A stretch of DNA of 43,273 bases, from assembly GCA_964456925.1 (NCBI GenBank), contig CAYWCX010000003.1, forward strand, positions 1 through 43,273, in the 5' to 3' direction. This document shows positions 39,338 through 43,273 of this stretch, piece after piece (the stretch's first letter is position 1; each line of letters opens with the position of its first letter). This DNA is from an uncultured Planctomycetales bacterium (GTDB lineage: Bacteria > Omnitrophota > Gorgyraeia > Gygaellales > Profunditerraquicolaceae). A model generated the notes under the pieces. The model searched no databases and was not told the DNA's origin. It was given only the letters and a program-made list of their open reading frames with translations. A program made the position numbers and the translations under genes.

Positions 39338-39992
39338 CCACTTGGATTTTCTGATAGCTTTTTTAGGGGGTGTAGGCGTGAGCCTTAGTCCCTGCGTTTA
39401 CCCGCTTATCCCGGTAAGCATCGGCGTTATCGGAGTGCGGGCAGGAGAATCGAGGTTCCAGGGTTTTATCTTGAGTCTGGTCTATACTAGCGGCATTGCC
39501 CTCGTATATTCCTTGCTGGGGCTGGTTGCGGTTTTAAGCGGGAGGATGTTCGGCATAATAAGCGCGCACCCCCTTACCTATATAATAGTTGGGTTGGTTA
39601 TCATGCTTTTTGGCATCTCGATGTTGGACCTCGTCGAGATTCCTTCTTTTAACCTCGTCAGGCCGCCGTTTTTTAAGAAGCGGGAATATCTTTCGAGTTT
39701 CTTTTTGGGCTTAAGCTCAGGGTTCGTAATCAGCCCCTGTATCAGCCCGGTTTTAGGTTCGATTTTAATTTATCTGGCAACCAAGAAAAGCATTCTCTAC
39801 GGGGTAATGCTTTTGGTGAGCTTCTCCTACGGCATGGGCCTGATTTTAATCCTCGCCGGCACCTCAAGCGGCTTGCTGGCAGCCCTGCCTAAATCCGGGA
39901 ACTGGCTGGCCTATGTTAAAAGGATAAGCGCAGCGATTATTATTGCGATGGGGCTCTATTTTTTATTTAGCGGGATAAGAAGGTTAATCTGA
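39321..39992 (+). CDS. ccdA: Cytochrome c biogenesis / thiol-disulfide electron transporter CcdA (DsbD membrane core)
   Basis: Six hydrophobic helices with the two conserved Cys motifs, SPCVYPLIP and SPCISPVLG. Confidence 0.88.
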   Translation: MNLSGNHLDFLIAFLGGVGVSLSPCVYPLIPVSIGVIGVRAGESRFQGFILSLVYTSGIALVYSLLGLVAVLSGRMFGIISAHPLTYIIVGLVIMLFGISMLDLVEIPSFNLVRPPFFKKREYLSSFFLGLSSGFVISPCISPVLGSILIYLATKKSILYGVMLLVSFSYGMGLILILAGTSSGLLAALPKSGNWLAYVKRISAAIIIAMGLYFLFSGIRRLI

Positions 39993-40471
39993 TGAAGAAA
40001 GTCATCGGGATTTTATTAATAGCAATAGCGCTTACGCTTGGTTTGGCGCCGGGCGGCTTTAGCGAAACCGAAATAATGGCTCCGGAATTCAGTCTGAAAG
40101 ATACCGCTGGCAATCCGGTAAGTCTTAGCGACTATAAAGGCAAGCAGGGGGCGCTGCTTTTCTTTTGGACTACCTGGTGCCCTTTCTGCAGGGAGCAACT
40201 CAAATTTATTAATGATAAATATGCCGGGCTCACCCGCAAAGGCTTAGTAGTATTGGGTATAAACGTCGGAGAGCCGGCAGCGCGGGTCGTGCGTTTCTTA
40301 AAAAACTATTCCTTAAAATACAAGGTGCTGCTGGACGAATACGGCGAGGCCGCTATTAAATACCGCCTTGTGGGCGTACCGACCTATGTGCTGGTTGATA
40401 AACAGGGCAATATCGTCTATCAGTATTATTATTTCCCGACCGAAGAGGAACAGCAGGAGGCGCTGAAATAA
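39992..40471 (+). CDS. Secreted thioredoxin-fold thiol:disulfide oxidoreductase (TlpA/ResA-like)
   Basis: Signal peptide MKKVIGILLIAIALTLGLA, WTTWCPFC CxxC active site and VGVPTYVL cis-Pro region. ATGA overlap with ccdA. Confidence 0.88.
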   Translation: MKKVIGILLIAIALTLGLAPGGFSETEIMAPEFSLKDTAGNPVSLSDYKGKQGALLFFWTTWCPFCREQLKFINDKYAGLTRKGLVVLGINVGEPAARVVRFLKNYSLKYKVLLDEYGEAAIKYRLVGVPTYVLVDKQGNIVYQYYYFPTEEEQQEALK

Positions 40472-40476
40472 TTCTT

Positions 40477-41832
40477 ATGCCGGATAAAGCGCTGCTTTTG
40501 GATTTATACGAGTTGACCATGGCCGAGGCATACTTTTCCTATAAGCCCGCTACTATGGCGACCTTTGACCTTTTTGTGCGGCAGCTGCCTGTGAACCGCA
40601 TGTATCTGGTGGCTTGCGGCCTTGAGGATATCTTAAGTTATATTAAAAACCTGAAGTTTAACCGCGAAGACCTGCGTTATCTTAAAAGCCGTAAAATATT
40701 CTCTTCGGCTTTCCTGGCTTATCTGGCAAAGTTTAGGTTCTGCGGTGATATCTGGGCAATGCCTGAAGGTACTATATTTTTTCCTCAGGAGCCGGTGATT
40801 CGGGTCACCGCCCCTATCATCGAGGCCCAGATTATCGAGAGTTTTCTCTTGAATACCATCAATCTCCAAAGTATGATTGCCAGCAAGGCCGCGCGGGTGA
40901 TTTCTGCTGCCGGCGGCAGGGAGGTTTTTGATTTTTCCCTACGCCGCACCCACGGCGCTGACGCCGGCTTGAAGGTAGCGCGCGCTTCCTATATCGCGGG
41001 GTTTTCAGGCACTGCTACCGTAGAAGCGGGTAAACTGTACGGCATACCGGTAGTCGGCACCATGGCGCACTCCTTTGTGATGTCTTTCAAGCGGGAGCTC
41101 GACAGCTTCCTTGCGTACAGCCGCATCTTTCCGGAAAGGACAGTGCTTCTGGTGGACACCTACGATGTTAAAAAAGGCATCTCTAACTCTATTGCCGCGG
41201 GGTTATACCTTAAAGAAAAAGGATACCGTCTTGCCGGTATCCGTCTGGATAGCGGAGATATTGTGTTCTGGTCCAGATTAGCCCGTAAGATGCTTGATGC
41301 CGCGGGCCTTGAATACGTAAAAATTTTTGCCAGCGGCAATCTTGACGAGTTTAAGATTAGCGGACTATTACGCAAAGGCGCCAAGGTAGATAGCTTCGGG
41401 GTCGGCACTAATATGGGCACCAGCATCGATGCGCCCTGCCTGGACGTCATCTATAAGATTAGCGAAGTAAGCGACGATTCGGGTAACTTTTTCCCGACGA
41501 TGAAGCTTAGCCGGGGCAAGGTGACTTATCCGGGAAGAAAACAGGTCTTTCGCATCCGGGACAAATTAGGCAGGTATGTTAAAGATATCTTGGCCTTAGA
41601 AAAAGAAAACATCAGTGGCGAGCCGCTTTTGAAAAAGGTAGCGGCAGGGGGAAGAATAATTTATAAGAATCCGCCTTTAGATAAGATAAGAAAGAAGGTA
41701 AGAGAGGAACTCGCGCGTTTTTCTGCGGCATTAAGCGCGGTTTATCCTAAATACCGCTATCCGCTGTTCATCAGCAGGGGGCTTGAGGTTACAAGACTTG
41801 CTTTGGCAAAACAGTTAAGCAAAAGGCAATAG
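40477..41832 (+). CDS. pncB: Nicotinate phosphoribosyltransferase
   Basis: LLDLYELTMA N-terminus, GTMAHSFVM, LVDTYD and GIRLDSGD motifs. Confidence 0.9.
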   Translation: MPDKALLLDLYELTMAEAYFSYKPATMATFDLFVRQLPVNRMYLVACGLEDILSYIKNLKFNREDLRYLKSRKIFSSAFLAYLAKFRFCGDIWAMPEGTIFFPQEPVIRVTAPIIEAQIIESFLLNTINLQSMIASKAARVISAAGGREVFDFSLRRTHGADAGLKVARASYIAGFSGTATVEAGKLYGIPVVGTMAHSFVMSFKRELDSFLAYSRIFPERTVLLVDTYDVKKGISNSIAAGLYLKEKGYRLAGIRLDSGDIVFWSRLARKMLDAAGLEYVKIFASGNLDEFKISGLLRKGAKVDSFGVGTNMGTSIDAPCLDVIYKISEVSDDSGNFFPTMKLSRGKVTYPGRKQVFRIRDKLGRYVKDILALEKENISGEPLLKKVAAGGRIIYKNPPLDKIRKKVREELARFSAALSAVYPKYRYPLFISRGLEVTRLALAKQLSKRQ

Positions 41833-41834
41833 CG

Positions 41835-42461
41835 ATGGAAGAAGATATTAAGAAACTCCTGGCGGCATGGCAGAGAAGGAATATTCAGGGACTCTACTGT
41901 CAGAATAAAGAAGAAGCCTTGGAGGAGATTTTAAAGATTATCCCGCTTTCTGCCAGCGTAGGCATCAGCGGCTCTCAAACCCTCGATGCACTTGGGATGG
42001 TAAAAAGCCTGGAGGCGCGCGGTAACACGGTATTTAACCAGTATAAATCCGGCATCAGCCGCGAAGAAAGCCTGGAATTGCGCCGCCGGGGTACGCAGGC
42101 GGATTATTATCTGGCAAGCGCAAATGCCATATCTCAAAAAGGAGAGTTGGTATTTTTCAGCGGTTACGGTAACCGCACTGCCGGCGTCTCTTACGCCAAG
42201 AACCTAATCGTAGTCGCAGGCATAAATAAACTCACCCCTGACCTTAGCCAGGCGTTAAAACGGGCGCGCGAATACGCCACACCCTTAAATTGCAAGCGCC
42301 TGAACTGGCAGACCCCTTGTGTTAAAGACGGCATCTGCCGGGAATCCATTTGTTTTAGCCCGGAGTATCGCAGGATGTGCTGTCAGGTTCTGGTTATTGA
42401 GGCAGAGACAGCGCCGGGAAGGACGCGGGTTATCCTCGTAGGAGAAAACCTGGGTTTTTAA
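41835..42461 (+). CDS. LUD-domain (DUF162, LutC-like) protein
   Basis: The size and an N-terminal profile (segments EEALEEILKIIP and SVGISGSQTLDALG) resemble LUD-domain proteins. There is also a C-terminal Cys-rich segment. Recognised by eye only. Confidence 0.6.
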   Translation: MEEDIKKLLAAWQRRNIQGLYCQNKEEALEEILKIIPLSASVGISGSQTLDALGMVKSLEARGNTVFNQYKSGISREESLELRRRGTQADYYLASANAISQKGELVFFSGYGNRTAGVSYAKNLIVVAGINKLTPDLSQALKRAREYATPLNCKRLNWQTPCVKDGICRESICFSPEYRRMCCQVLVIEAETAPGRTRVILVGENLGF

Positions 42462-42468
42462 AGTGGAG

Positions 42469-43273
42469 ATGAAGGGAACCGCTACATTAATAAGAGGTTT
42501 AGCTACCGGCATCGGAAGCCTTCCTTATCTGGATGCGGACAGGGCACTGGATCTTATTTTTAAATACTGCCTCGAGATTCCTTTTTGGCCGCAGCTGCCC
42601 CGGCGCGATATCCGCGAAGGGATGACCATGCAGTTCAGCGAGGGGTTACCCTGCCTGAAGGCCACCCGTAGCGGCCTGGTATTTGATTCCCAGAACCGCG
42701 AGAAGGAATTAGAGGATTTTTACAGCCGCATCATCGCAGATGACATAGAGTCTTTTAGTATCAGCCCGGATTTTGCCGCGGGTTTTGCGCGTTTTATTTC
42801 CCGCCTGGAAAATTCGGATTTAAAGGACGTTGAATTTTTAAAATGTCACGTTAGCGGCCCTTTTACCTTTGCCGCTAGTATCAAAGACGACAAGGGTGTG
42901 GTTTTCCTGCACGATGAAGTTATGATGCAGGCGATACTAAAGGGCTTGATTATGAAGGCCCTCTGGCAGATTAAGGCCCTGGAGCGTTTCGGCAAAAAAA
43001 TCATTCTCTTTGTGGATGAGCCGTATCTGGGTTGTTTCGGCTCTGCCTACACCCCGGTCAACCGCGAGGATGTAGTAAGGGGCTTGAAAGAAATGGGGAG
43101 CGCTGTTAAGTCCGAGCGGGTTCTGGTCGGCGTGCATTGCTGCGGCAATACTGATTGGTCAATCTTTACCGACGCCGGGATGGATATCGTCAGTTTCGAC
43201 GCATTTAATTTTCTGGAACGCCTCATTCTTTACGCGCCGGACATCGGGCAATTCCTGGAAAGAGGAGGTATCC
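42469..43273 (+). CDS. MetE-C-terminal / URO-D-like methyltransferase-fold protein, 3'-truncated by the window edge
   Basis: Frame 1 is open from ATG 42469 to the window end, and is absent from the ORF track because it has no stop. LFVDEPYLG and VGVHCCGNTDW resemble cobalamin-independent methionine-synthase-like / uroporphyrinogen-decarboxylase-fold proteins. Confidence 0.55.
   Translation, partial: MKGTATLIRGLATGIGSLPYLDADRALDLIFKYCLEIPFWPQLPRRDIREGMTMQFSEGLPCLKATRSGLVFDSQNREKELEDFYSRIIADDIESFSISPDFAAGFARFISRLENSDLKDVEFLKCHVSGPFTFAASIKDDKGVVFLHDEVMMQAILKGLIMKALWQIKALERFGKKIILFVDEPYLGCFGSAYTPVNREDVVRGLKEMGSAVKSERVLVGVHCCGNTDWSIFTDAGMDIVSFDAFNFLERLILYAPDIGQFLERGGI

Overview
The window is a mostly housekeeping chromosomal segment from a diderm (LPS-making) bacterium of unknown lineage, possibly an uncultivated one. 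Almost all genes are on the + strand in long, tightly packed, often translationally coupled operons. All family calls come from motifs read by eye; no searches were run.

Gene order:
- gdhA (5' partial), a small ORF, a beta-CASP MBL RNase-like gene, a divergent L27, an M48 peptidase and a hypothetical gene.
- lpxB plus a Gfo/Idh/MocA oxidoreductase on the minus strand, divergent from msbA.
- rpsB-tsf-pyrH-frr.
- A tRNA cluster: Lys-UUU, Leu-UAG and Gly-GCC.
- ptsN-yvcK-ptsH-ptsI, PGI/PMI, a sugar nucleotidyltransferase, metK.
- ahcY-pfkA-fba.
- ilvD-ilvB-ilvN-(HD-GYP)-ilvC-leuA-aroE-pilD-malQ-HAD.
- A ttcA-like gene, rmuC, pgeF, a small ORF, a flavodoxin-like gene, cutA, ccdA, a tlpA-like gene, pncB, a LUD-domain gene and a 3'-truncated MetE/URO-D-like gene.

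No CRISPR array, integrase, transposase or recognisable defence genes were seen.

Four places are not explained by ordinary annotation:
1. The tRNA cluster. A 25-nt copy of the tRNA-Lys 3' end lies 161 nt downstream of the original, bracketing a GC-rich hairpin-dense insert. An AT-rich LAGLIDADG-like ORF sits between tRNA-Leu and tRNA-Gly, with its stop codon inside tRNA-Gly.
2. A 550-nt ORF-free, hairpin-dense gap at 35275-35824. It holds a 182-nt element closed by about 32 bp of long-range pairing, and three copies of a ~25-nt motif. It could be a structured ncRNA (6S-like in size and shape) or a MITE.
3. A ~160-nt imperfect palindrome of GTAA heptad units between metK and ahcY.
4. A perfect 36-nt inverted copy of one arm of that palindrome, 3.6 kb away in front of ilvD.
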